Below are positions 10,152-18,017 of a DNA stretch of 23,642 nt, piece after piece (the first letter of the stretch is position 1; every line of letters starts with the position of its first letter). The notes under the pieces were generated by a model. That model was not told where the DNA came from. It saw nothing but the letters and a program-made list of their open reading frames with translations, and did not search any database. The stretch spans positions 1 through 23,642 of the forward strand of contig JBDLKA010000054.1 of NCBI GenBank assembly GCA_039714075.1, in the 5' to 3' direction. A program made the position numbers and the translations under genes. Source of the DNA: Candidatus Krumholzibacteriota bacterium. Its GTDB lineage: Bacteria; Krumholzibacteriota; Krumholzibacteriia; LZORAL124-64-63.

Positions 10152-10766
10152 ATGCGCAAGCTTCTCGCCCTCTTGTTTGTCGCCGGACTTTTCACCCTTG
10201 TCGTTCCCAGTGCCCACGCCATTGTCGACCCGGATCCCGATGGAATCGGCGTCTATTTCGATCTAAACGCCGATATCACGGAGATTATGGTGCCGGCCGC
10301 TGTTCCATTCTATGCCTACGCCATCCTGACCAACCCCACCGGAGGGGATATCTGGGGCTATGAGTTCTCCCGCATCTTTTCCGTTCCTCCCGGAATGGAA
10401 GGGATGCTCTATATGCTGGAGAGGATCTGGCATGGGGTCAATGATGGCATTACGCCCGTGGAACCGCCTGATCTTGGGGGCAATGTCATGGCCGGGATTT
10501 CACCCCCCCTCCCGGTCGCTCCAACGGTGATTCTGGTGACGTGGCAGTTCATGTTGCTGACTCCCATGGTCGTGGATTGTTATGTTGGACCCTCCACCGG
10601 TGATTTCGGAACCACCGGCAGGCTGGTCTATGAAACGGCGACCGGCCCGGTGCCCATGCATGTTTCGTCGGGCGATCCGGCGTTGAAGGTCGCCACAGTC
10701 AACGGGACCGGAGTCGTGGCGGTCGAAACCACCACCTTCGGCGCCCTGAAGGCCTTATACCGCTGA
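10152..10766 (+). CDS. Secreted hypothetical protein, paralog 1 (DGIGVYFD ... FGALKALYR)
   Basis: GGAGG RBS; signal peptide ending AHA; strong similarity to 10847..11443. Confidence 0.85.
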   Translation: MRKLLALLFVAGLFTLVVPSAHAIVDPDPDGIGVYFDLNADITEIMVPAAVPFYAYAILTNPTGGDIWGYEFSRIFSVPPGMEGMLYMLERIWHGVNDGITPVEPPDLGGNVMAGISPPLPVAPTVILVTWQFMLLTPMVVDCYVGPSTGDFGTTGRLVYETATGPVPMHVSSGDPALKVATVNGTGVVAVETTTFGALKALYR

Positions 10767-10846
10767 CGTTTCGTTCAGGAGGTTCCTTTCGGGATATTGA
10801 AATTGATCGCCTTGATTCCCATAGCAGTCCCGACAGGAGGAAAAAC

Positions 10847-11443
10847 ATGCGAAACCTTATCCTCACCCTGATCCTGGCAACCATGGCAGTTCCCACCGCC
10901 CAGGCCGTCGTCGATCCCGGCCCCGACGGCATCGGCGTCTACTTCGACCTCGACGCTGATATCACCGAGACCGTCATGACTCCGAGTATTCCCTTCGCGG
11001 CCTACGTCATTCTGACCAATCCGACCAGGGCGGAGATCCACGCCGTATCGTTTTCTTTCACCATCGTCGTCCCTGCGGGAATGGAATCCTCCCTTTTCAG
11101 GCTGTCACATGAAGTCATCTTTTCCTGCATTGATCCTGCATTGGATTTCCACCCTCTTTACGGGAATGTCCAATGTGGAGGAGATATCCCGGTTCCCGGA
11201 TCCCCCACCGTGATTTTATTGAGATGGCAATTCGTGTTGCTCAGTACGATTCCCGTCGATTTTTTCCTGGGACAAATCAACGAACCCGGCCCGATCCCCT
11301 TGGCCTACGAATCCGAGGCGGGCTGGGTGCCCATGTACGTTTCGTCGGGTGATCCGGCCCTGCCGGTCGCCAAGGTCAACGGAACCGGGGTCGTCCCACT
11401 CACCTCCACCTCTTTCGGAAATTTAAAGGCCCTTTACCGCTGA
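10847..11443 (+). CDS. Secreted hypothetical protein, paralog 2 (DGIGVYFD ... FGNLKALYR)
   Basis: AGGAGG RBS; signal peptide ending AQA; shares ILTNPT, PTVIL..WQF, VSSGDPAL and VNGTGVV blocks with paralog 1. Confidence 0.85.
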   Translation: MRNLILTLILATMAVPTAQAVVDPGPDGIGVYFDLDADITETVMTPSIPFAAYVILTNPTRAEIHAVSFSFTIVVPAGMESSLFRLSHEVIFSCIDPALDFHPLYGNVQCGGDIPVPGSPTVILLRWQFVLLSTIPVDFFLGQINEPGPIPLAYESEAGWVPMYVSSGDPALPVAKVNGTGVVPLTSTSFGNLKALYR

Positions 11444-11465
11444 CCAATTTTTCTCCGCTGGTATT

Positions 11466-11512
11466 CCGCCGGCCGCGCGTTCAGTTGATGAAGGGCGCGG
11501 CCGGCGGTTTTT
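11466..11512 (+). terminator. Intrinsic terminator
   Basis: 13-bp stem CCGCCGGCCGCGC/GCGCGGCCGGCGG followed by TTTTT. Confidence 0.75.
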
Positions 11513-11578
11513 CCCCCACCGTCTTTTTCGCCGGTCGGCCCTTCGCCACGACCCCAACCCATTATCGAGGAGCGCCTG

Positions 11579-12232
11579 ATGAAGTCCGCCGTCTGGGTGT
11601 TAATGATCCTTCCCCTTTTTTTCGCGACCCCTGGCCGGGCCCAGGAAGACCCGCCCAACCTGACCGGAAACTGGGTTCTTAATACCAAAGACAGCGACGA
11701 CATCGGCGCCGTCATGCGTGAAGCCATGGCCGCCCGGCAATCCATGGGTGTCGGCGGGATGCAAGGCGGAGGTAAAGGCGGAGGCAGGGGTGGCGGTCGC
11801 GGCGGTGGAGGCAGGGGTGGCGGCGGTCGTGGCGGTGGCGGCCGCGGCGAAGGCGGATCCGCCCCCGATCAGGACCGCATGGTCAAGGCCCAGCAGCGAA
11901 TGGCCCGCCTCCAGGAAGAGTATTCCCGCCTGGAGATCTTCCACGACGGCATCGAACTGAACGTCACCAACGGGCTGGATATCACCCGCCTCCTGTTCAC
12001 CGACGGTCGCCAAATGAACATCTGGACCCAGCAGGGCGAGGCCCGAGCCACGGCCACTTGGCAGAAACAAACCTTGGTCGTTGAGTGGAAAACCCGCCAA
12101 GACACCCTGAGCCGGATTCGCTATTACACCCTGTCCGAGAGTGGCCGGCGGCTGACCATGACCGAAAGCCGGCGCCTGCCCGGACAGGACAAAACTGTAA
12201 AAATAACAATGGTTTATGATCTGGAAGGGTGA
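11579..12232 (+). CDS. Secreted protein with a Gly/Arg-rich linker, possibly lipocalin-like beta fold
   Basis: GAGGAG RBS, signal peptide, PNLTGNWVLN motif, GGGR repeats and a beta-rich C-terminus ending MVYDLEG. Confidence 0.8.
   Translation: MKSAVWVLMILPLFFATPGRAQEDPPNLTGNWVLNTKDSDDIGAVMREAMAARQSMGVGGMQGGGKGGGRGGGRGGGGRGGGGRGGGGRGEGGSAPDQDRMVKAQQRMARLQEEYSRLEIFHDGIELNVTNGLDITRLLFTDGRQMNIWTQQGEARATATWQKQTLVVEWKTRQDTLSRIRYYTLSESGRRLTMTESRRLPGQDKTVKITMVYDLEG
11765..11857 (+). repeat. Low-complexity repeat encoding (GGGR)n
   Basis: GGAGGCAGGGGTGGCGG recurs at a 27-nt spacing within a run of GGN codons. Confidence 0.7.
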
Positions 12233-12239
12233 TTTGGTA

Positions 12240-12259
12240 AAGGCCCCCCGGGGGGCCTT
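12240..12259. terminator. Perfect 20-bp GC palindrome with the same core as 8379-8400
   Basis: AAGGCCCCCC/GGGGGGCCTT begins 8 nt after the stop of 11579..12232. Confidence 0.5.
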
Positions 12260-12297
12260 GCAACCTTCATCCGGCCCCGCCGCCACCAATCTTTTAG

Positions 12298-12369
12298 TTG
12301 CATAGTTATTTAAACGTTATTATACTGGGCCCAAGCAATGTTGAAAAATTCCGGTTATCCCACCATATT
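12298..12369 (+). promoter_or_regulatory. Two tandem sigma70-like promoters upstream of the hesB-like gene
   Basis: TTGCAT-17-TATACT (12298-12326) and TTGAAA-17-CATATT (12341-12369). Confidence 0.5.
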
Positions 12370-12456
12370 GGGGGGAAACATAGTCCCCGCGCGGCCGGAC
12401 TCCCACGTCTTGAAGGGCTTGGGTTCATCCGGACCGCATGAACAAAAGAGGTAGAT

Positions 12457-12801
12457 GTGAGCAATCTCGATCTCATCAGTGTATCGGAAACGGCGAACAC
12501 CGCTTTCGGCGGTTTCGACTGGACCGAGCACGAGGGCAAGGGCGTCCGGCTCTTCGTCCAGGGCTTCGGCTGAGGCGGTCCGTCAATCGGCATGGCTCTG
12601 GATGAGCCTAAGGATGACGACGCGGTCGTCGAAAACAGCGGCATCAAATTCGTCATGGACAACCAGACGACGGATATCCTGCGGCAGAGCGGCGGCCTGA
12701 CCATCGACTACATCGATGAAGCCTCGCGCCGTGGCTACATGCTCAAGTTGGGCGCGACTTCAGATGATTGCAGCTCCGGCGGTTGCAACGGCTGCGGTTG
12801 A
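12457..12801 (+). CDS. HesB/IscA-like selenoprotein (Fe-S carrier-like), Sec at codon 39
   Basis: GAGGT RBS then GTG 12457. The frame reads MSNLDLISVSETA...GVRLFVQGFG-TGA(12571-12573)-GGPSIGMALDEPKDDD...GLTIDY...CSSGGCNGCG. GFGUGGP..MALDE is the signature of HesB-like selenoproteins. Confidence 0.9.
12574..12608 (+). promoter_or_regulatory. Putative bacterial SECIS element
   Basis: Hairpin GGCTC-TGGAT-GAGCC (12594-12608). Its G-containing apical loop starts 25 nt after the UGA, which fits the bacterial SECIS model. Confidence 0.7.
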
Positions 12802-12815
12802 TCCCGGTCCGTAAC

Positions 12816-12852
12816 AAAAAAGGAGCCTCGGTCAGAGGCTCCTTTTCTTTTT
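12816..12852. terminator. Bidirectional intrinsic terminator
   Basis: AAAAGGAGCCTC-GGTCA-GAGGCTCCTTTT with A and T tracts, lying between convergent genes. Confidence 0.85.
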
Positions 12853-12868
12853 CCTGAAACTCTTCTGA

Positions 12869-13135
12869 TCAGAAATCTTCCGGCTTGATGTCGAAGTCGT
12901 CGTCCAGGGGACCGTCGCCGTCGTCATCGTCGTCGCCCCGATAACCGAGGTCGTCCTCGAGATCGTCCGGGCCGAGGTCCTCGTCCACCAGTTCGTCGAT
13001 GACCGGCTCATCCTTGTCGGCGAACTCCGCCTCGTATTCCTCGCAGCACTCGTCACTGCAGAAAACCTTGTTGCGGAAGTGGATGCCCTTGCTCTCGATG
13101 TCCACCCCGCACTGGGTGCAGGCACTGAAATCCAT
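12869..13135 (-). CDS. Small protein with a TRASH/YHS-like Cys motif and a highly acidic tail
   Basis: AGGAGAG RBS; CTQC...VFCSDECC followed by a D/E-rich C-terminus. Confidence 0.8.
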   Translation of the reverse strand: MDFSACTQCGVDIESKGIHFRNKVFCSDECCEEYEAEFADKDEPVIDELVDEDLGPDDLEDDLGYRGDDDDDGDGPLDDDFDIKPEDF

Positions 13136-13259
13136 GAAACCGAACTCTCCTCATGAACTGGCCGTCGGGGGACCGCCGCCATGCCAAAGGAAGAAGACCC
13201 TCCCGGGAATTCTACCCCGATTTCGACCCTTTGGGGCGAAAATTAACGCAAAAAATCCC

Positions 13260-14129
13260 TCAACGGAAAGCTAAAATATATGCTACCCAGGCGGGGGCAA
13301 GGTCCCCCGTGCCGCTGGGTTCGAATTCACCGTTGGGCTCGCCGTCCTCGTCGGCCCCTTCCCAGTAGACAACGGTCTTTTTGAAACCGGCTTCCGCCAG
13401 CAGATCACGGGTTTCCGGCAGCGACCACAGCCGCCAATCGTAGCGGAAGGCGTTCTTCCTCTTGCTGCCGTTGGGAAACTTGAAATGGATCTTGCAGACG
13501 ACCTCGTTCGTGATGGGATTGAAGGTGTCCTGGTCCCACACGTAGTCGAAGCCGTCCTGCTCGCGCTCCTCCAACTGGGGCACCTGGGCTTCGGGACCGC
13601 CGTAGCAGTCCATCAGCAGCATGCCCTCGTCCTTGAGGTTGGCGTAGGCCAGCCGCAGGTATTCCAGCAGCTCCGCGCGGGTTTTCAAACCCCACCAGCT
13701 GAAGTTGGTGGCGGCCAGCACGTCGGCGCGCGGCTCGGTCACCGCGCGCACGTCGTCCTTGATCAGTGTAACGGCGTTCGCCCGGTCGCCCAGCGGCGCG
13801 ATGTTGTTGACCTTGCCCCACTCCAGGGTCGGTCCGTCCAGATCCACCCCCAGCGCGGTGTTGTCTGCATGAACCTTGACCCATTCGCTGCATAAAAGGG
13901 CGGTGCCGCAGAAGTCCTCGCGCAGGAAGCTGGGCGAGCGCCCGTATTCCTTTTTGAAGACCTTGCCGATAAACTCGACTTCGACATCGGGGGTCTGGAC
14001 CGACTGCTCGTACAGCCAGTGCAGGTCGGCGTTCTTGGCGGTCAGCTTGCCCTTGGCGGCCAGCTTTTCCATGCGCGGGCCGACGGTCTCGGCCAGCTCC
14101 AGTTTGGTGTCCGGCGTCATGTTGTCCAT
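13260..14129 (-). CDS. Class I SAM-dependent methyltransferase
   Basis: LREDFCGTA motif I variant, GVDLD, DDVR, NFSW, YVWDQDTF and FRYDWRLWSLPE; GGAGA RBS. Confidence 0.85.
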   Translation of the reverse strand: MDNMTPDTKLELAETVGPRMEKLAAKGKLTAKNADLHWLYEQSVQTPDVEVEFIGKVFKKEYGRSPSFLREDFCGTALLCSEWVKVHADNTALGVDLDGPTLEWGKVNNIAPLGDRANAVTLIKDDVRAVTEPRADVLAATNFSWWGLKTRAELLEYLRLAYANLKDEGMLLMDCYGGPEAQVPQLEEREQDGFDYVWDQDTFNPITNEVVCKIHFKFPNGSKRKNAFRYDWRLWSLPETRDLLAEAGFKKTVVYWEGADEDGEPNGEFEPSGTGDLAPAWVAYILAFR

Positions 14130-14147
14130 CTCTCCATCAGCGTTCCG

Positions 14148-15818
14148 TTAACGAAGCGGTTTGTGTTTCCGGGAAAAGTACTCGTCGGTCATCCTCTTCA
14201 CCGGCCCGGCCAGGAAGATCAGGGCGATCAGGTTCGGCAGGGACATCAGCCCCAGGGCACTGTCCCCGAAATTCCAGACCACCTCGAGCGAGAAAATAGC
14301 ACCCAGGAAGTGCATCAGAACGAATATGATCTTGTAGGGCAGAATGTAATCGGTCCCGAACAGGTAGACAACCGCGCGGTCGCCGTAATAGCTCCAGCTG
14401 ATGGCCGTCGACACCCCGAACAGAATCACTCCCAAAGTAATGATCAGGTAGCCGTAGTTGCCCATGATCGGCCGCAGGCCCTCCTGGAAGGCCCACGCCG
14501 TCAGGGGCGAGCCGTTCTGGGCCATGTCCCCGTTCAGGGTCATGGCTGGCAAGCCTTCGGTGTCCATGCTGCCGTCAGCAACGGTCAGGCTGCCGGAGAA
14601 GTTGCCGCCCCCGTTTTCGACCATGACCGGCAGTTCGATCAGCGAGTGGTTGCGCACCAGGAACACGCCCTGGGGCCGACCGTCGAGAAATTCGACCGTG
14701 CCGGTGAACTTGTCCGTGTCCAGGACCACTCCGTCGGTCAGCACTTCGGCGCTCTCGTTGATCACCGTGATCGCCGACTGGGCGTTGACCGGAACCGAAT
14801 CGGCCTTGTGGGCGTGCCAGACGCCCGTCGACAGGATGACCAGCCCGGTGATCGAGCAGATGATCAAGGTGTCGATCATCGGCCCCATCATGGCCACGAC
14901 GCCTTCGCGCACCGGCTCGTCGGTCTTGGCCGCCGCGTGGGCGATGGGCGCCGAGCCCTGACCGGACTCGTTCGAGAACAGGCCGCGCTTCACACCCCAG
15001 GTCAGCATGAAGATGAAGCTGCCGCCGGCGAAACCGCCCACCTGGGCGGCTGGGCGGAAGGCCGAGGAGAAGATGTCGGTCAGGACACCCGGGATGGCGG
15101 TGATGTTCATCACCAGCACCGCCAGGCCGCCGGTCACGTAGATCACGGCCATGTAAGGCACCAGACGGCTGGTCACGTTACCGATGCGTTTGATGCCGCC
15201 CAGGATAACGGCGGCCACGAGGCCGGCGGTGACCAGTCCCGTGATCCAGGTCGGCACGCCCAGGTCGGCGCGGATCTGGTCGGCCACCGTAAAGGCCTGG
15301 ATGCTGTTGCCCGACCCGAAGCTGGAGATGACCGCGCACACCGCGAACATCACCGCCAGCCATTTCCACCCGCTACCCAGACCTTTTTCGATGTAGTACA
15401 TGGGCCCGCCCGAAGCGCTGCCGTCGGGCAGGATGACCCGGTACTTGATGGCCAGGGTACACTCGGCGTATTTCAGCGCCATACCGAAGACGGCGGTGAC
15501 CCACATCCAGAACAGCGCGCCCGGCCCGCCGTAATGCAGGGCCGTGGCCACGCCGGCGATGTTGCCGATGCCGACGGTCGCCGACAGCGCGGTGGTCAAA
15601 GCCTGGAAGTGACTGAGGTCGCCGTCGTGGCTGGGGTCGTCGTATTTACCGCGAATCACGTCGAAGCTGTGCTTGAGACGGCGCATCTGGATGAAGCGCA
15701 AGGTCGCGGTCATGATCAGGCCGGTGACCAGGAGCAGACCGACCATCACCGGGAAGACATCGGGCCAGCCCCAGACCGTCCCGGACAGTTCGGCGGAAAA
15801 TTCGTTCAGGAAATCCAT
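14148..15818 (-). CDS. Alanine/glycine:cation symporter (AGCS family)
   Basis: Motifs SHFQAL, ATVGIGNIAGVA, GGPGALFWMW, GGPMYYI, RGLFSNESGQGSAPIAHA, IDTLIICSIT and WSYYG. Confidence 0.95.
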   Translation of the reverse strand: MDFLNEFSAELSGTVWGWPDVFPVMVGLLLVTGLIMTATLRFIQMRRLKHSFDVIRGKYDDPSHDGDLSHFQALTTALSATVGIGNIAGVATALHYGGPGALFWMWVTAVFGMALKYAECTLAIKYRVILPDGSASGGPMYYIEKGLGSGWKWLAVMFAVCAVISSFGSGNSIQAFTVADQIRADLGVPTWITGLVTAGLVAAVILGGIKRIGNVTSRLVPYMAVIYVTGGLAVLVMNITAIPGVLTDIFSSAFRPAAQVGGFAGGSFIFMLTWGVKRGLFSNESGQGSAPIAHAAAKTDEPVREGVVAMMGPMIDTLIICSITGLVILSTGVWHAHKADSVPVNAQSAITVINESAEVLTDGVVLDTDKFTGTVEFLDGRPQGVFLVRNHSLIELPVMVENGGGNFSGSLTVADGSMDTEGLPAMTLNGDMAQNGSPLTAWAFQEGLRPIMGNYGYLIITLGVILFGVSTAISWSYYGDRAVVYLFGTDYILPYKIIFVLMHFLGAIFSLEVVWNFGDSALGLMSLPNLIALIFLAGPVKRMTDEYFSRKHKPLR

Positions 15819-15912
15819 GGAAACCTTTCGGGGGGATCTTTCTGCGGATAATGGCTGGAACTACGAATACACGATACGGGGGTCGGAAATCAACCGGGAT
15901 TTTGGTATTCCC

Positions 15913-15946
15913 AAAAAATGGCCCCGGCTCCCTGGAGAACCGGGGC
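15913..15946 (-). terminator. Intrinsic terminator of the lipoprotein gene
   Basis: GCCCCGG...CCGGGGC stem followed by CATTTTTT on the minus strand. A second hairpin CGGTGAAT-N5-ATTCACCG lies at 15960-15980. Confidence 0.65.
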
Positions 15947-15984
15947 GTCATGTTTGAATCGGTGAATCAACCATTCACCGGCGG

Positions 15985-17874
15985 CTATTTCCCCGTAACG
16001 TTGATGTAATGGGGAAGGGACGCGGCGCTTTCGGTCAGATCAGTGATACAGCGGGCCTGGACCCTTACATACCACCCTCTGGCAGAGGTGAAGGTATGGG
16101 TCAGGTTGTCAATGGTGGTCCAGGCCAGCGGGATTCCGAGTGAACCCTGGGAAGCGGTATACAATAGGCGGTATTCCAGTTCATGCCCCTCGCTGCTTGT
16201 CGATACACTGGAGGTAAAGGTGATCGGATTGCCCACCACCCCGGTCGCCGGACCGCTGGCGACCGGCTGGGAAACCTCCTCCACGATATTTACGATGGTG
16301 GGCGCGCTCCACTCGGAAATGATATCCGGGTGCTCTATACAACGGGCCCTGATTCTGGCCTCATATGTTCCGATCGCCGAGTAGGCGTGGGGCTGATTGG
16401 AAGATCCCCAATCTGACGTCTCACCATCGCCCCATTCGAACTGATAATGGATGGGGTGCCCAAGGCTGCTGGTCGCCCCCGATGTTCCGTAGACCCTGTT
16501 GTCGCCGACGACGTACTCTACTTCACCCGCAGGCAATATGACCGGGTTGGTGATGGTTTCGAGACCATCATTGACCACGATATCGTGAGCATAGTTGTCG
16601 GTTGTCCAGTCCGAGACGGCACTGGGGTGCTCGATGCACCTGGCCTGGGCCCGGATCGTGTAGGTCCCGGCCGTCAACCAGGTGTGGTACAGGTTTCTAT
16701 TGGTTGACCAGGCCGTGAAAGTGCCGTCGTTTTCCAGGTCTAACCGGTACTCCAGGGCATGTCCCAGGTTGCTGCTGGTGGTATAGCACGTCACCCATTC
16801 CTCCTGGCCGACACCGGTCACATCTGCAATGGAGGGCGGTATTTGGGGCGGACTGATGGTCTCGCCGGGCACGGAAATCGTCACCTGGGTCGTCGGCGAC
16901 CAGGCGGATACGATCTCGGGGTGCGTTCCGCAGGAGGCCATCACTTTGATGTCGTAGGTTCCGGCTTCTGTCCAGGTGTGACTAGCCTGATTGGCACCCT
17001 TTGTGGTATCAGTGCCGTCGCCCCAATCAAAGGTATAGGCTACCGAATGGCCCAGGCTGCTGGTTACGACGGAGGTCGTGTAAGCCAGGTATTCCGTGGT
17101 CTCGCCGGTCGCCGGGCCGCTGAGCGCGTCCGGTGTGCCGACGGTTTCGACGGCAGGGTCGGTGATGGTCACGATGAAGGATGCCGACCAATCGGACAAA
17201 ATCCCGGGATGGGCGATGCAGCGGGCCTGGGCCGACACATTATAGGTGCCTGCGGCAGCCCAGGAGTTGGCCGCGTCAATGCCGTTCATGAAAACGGATT
17301 CCTCGCCGGTGCCCCAGGAGAACTTGTACTCAACTGCGTGGCCCTCGCTGCTGACCGATCCGGTGGCGCCAAAGAGCAGGGTCTCTCCGGTTTCACCGGT
17401 TGCCGAACCTGTGGGCATACTTGGTGCCGAGACGTTCTCGACGCCCGCGGCCACCGTGGTGAAACTCCAGACAGGTGATGCCGTGGTCTCGCCATCGGGG
17501 TCCTTGGCAACGATCTGCCAGTAGAAGGTGGCATCGTTGGCCATCGAAATCGGACCGTAGCTGGTTCCGGCCTGGTCGGTCGATACCGCCGCCGGGGGGT
17601 CGTTGGACCCGAAATGGACCGTGTAGCTGAGGACATCGTTGTCCGCGTCGGTGCAATTCCAGTTCAGGGTCACGGATTGGGGAACGTCGACCGCCCCGTC
17701 GGCCGGTGTGCCCGCGGCCGCGTCGATCGTGGGTGCTCCGGGAGCCCGGTTGGCGGGCGGCGGATCGGGAACCACCGGATCATCACTGCCGCAGGAGGCT
17801 ATCGTCAGGGCCAGGGCGGTCAGAACCACCAGGGTCCCCAGTTTTCTAAATGGGATTACTTTGGAGAAATGCAT
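15985..17874 (-). CDS. Surface lipoprotein with an Fn3-like domain and five PKD-like repeats
   Basis: AGGAG RBS; lipobox IASC; Pro-rich tether; YWQIVAKD..SPVWSFTT Fn3-like end; repeated F[DE]WGDG and HTW..AGTY PKD motifs. Confidence 0.85.
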   Translation of the reverse strand: MHFSKVIPFRKLGTLVVLTALALTIASCGSDDPVVPDPPPANRAPGAPTIDAAAGTPADGAVDVPQSVTLNWNCTDADNDVLSYTVHFGSNDPPAAVSTDQAGTSYGPISMANDATFYWQIVAKDPDGETTASPVWSFTTVAAGVENVSAPSMPTGSATGETGETLLFGATGSVSSEGHAVEYKFSWGTGEESVFMNGIDAANSWAAAGTYNVSAQARCIAHPGILSDWSASFIVTITDPAVETVGTPDALSGPATGETTEYLAYTTSVVTSSLGHSVAYTFDWGDGTDTTKGANQASHTWTEAGTYDIKVMASCGTHPEIVSAWSPTTQVTISVPGETISPPQIPPSIADVTGVGQEEWVTCYTTSSNLGHALEYRLDLENDGTFTAWSTNRNLYHTWLTAGTYTIRAQARCIEHPSAVSDWTTDNYAHDIVVNDGLETITNPVILPAGEVEYVVGDNRVYGTSGATSSLGHPIHYQFEWGDGETSDWGSSNQPHAYSAIGTYEARIRARCIEHPDIISEWSAPTIVNIVEEVSQPVASGPATGVVGNPITFTSSVSTSSEGHELEYRLLYTASQGSLGIPLAWTTIDNLTHTFTSARGWYVRVQARCITDLTESAASLPHYINVTGK

Positions 17875-18017
17875 CTCGACTCCTTTTTCCTAGTCTCATT
17901 CCCCGTCTGGAAAAACTTGAATCAAGAGGAACACCAGGGCACTGGAGAAAAAGTTGCAGCGGTGAGGTGATAAGTTTCGGTAGGCGAGACAGCCGCAGCG
18001 GCGACCTCTGTTCGGAG

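Noticed and set aside
10152..11443. Diversity-generating retroelement or integron cassettes
   Set aside because: There is no reverse transcriptase, integrase or attC site, and the differences between the paralogs are not adenine-specific.
12592..12801. Standalone 69-aa ORF, or a nonsense pseudogene of hesB
   Set aside because: The TGA falls exactly at the Cys/Sec ligand position and has a SECIS-like hairpin downstream, so readthrough explains it better.
14019..15851. Long antisense or alternate-frame ORFs (610 aa here; also 5431..7098, 2367..3386, 19744..20955, 17896..19029)
   Set aside because: These are expected by-products of high-GC codon bias overlapping well-supported genes, and they carry no recognisable motifs.
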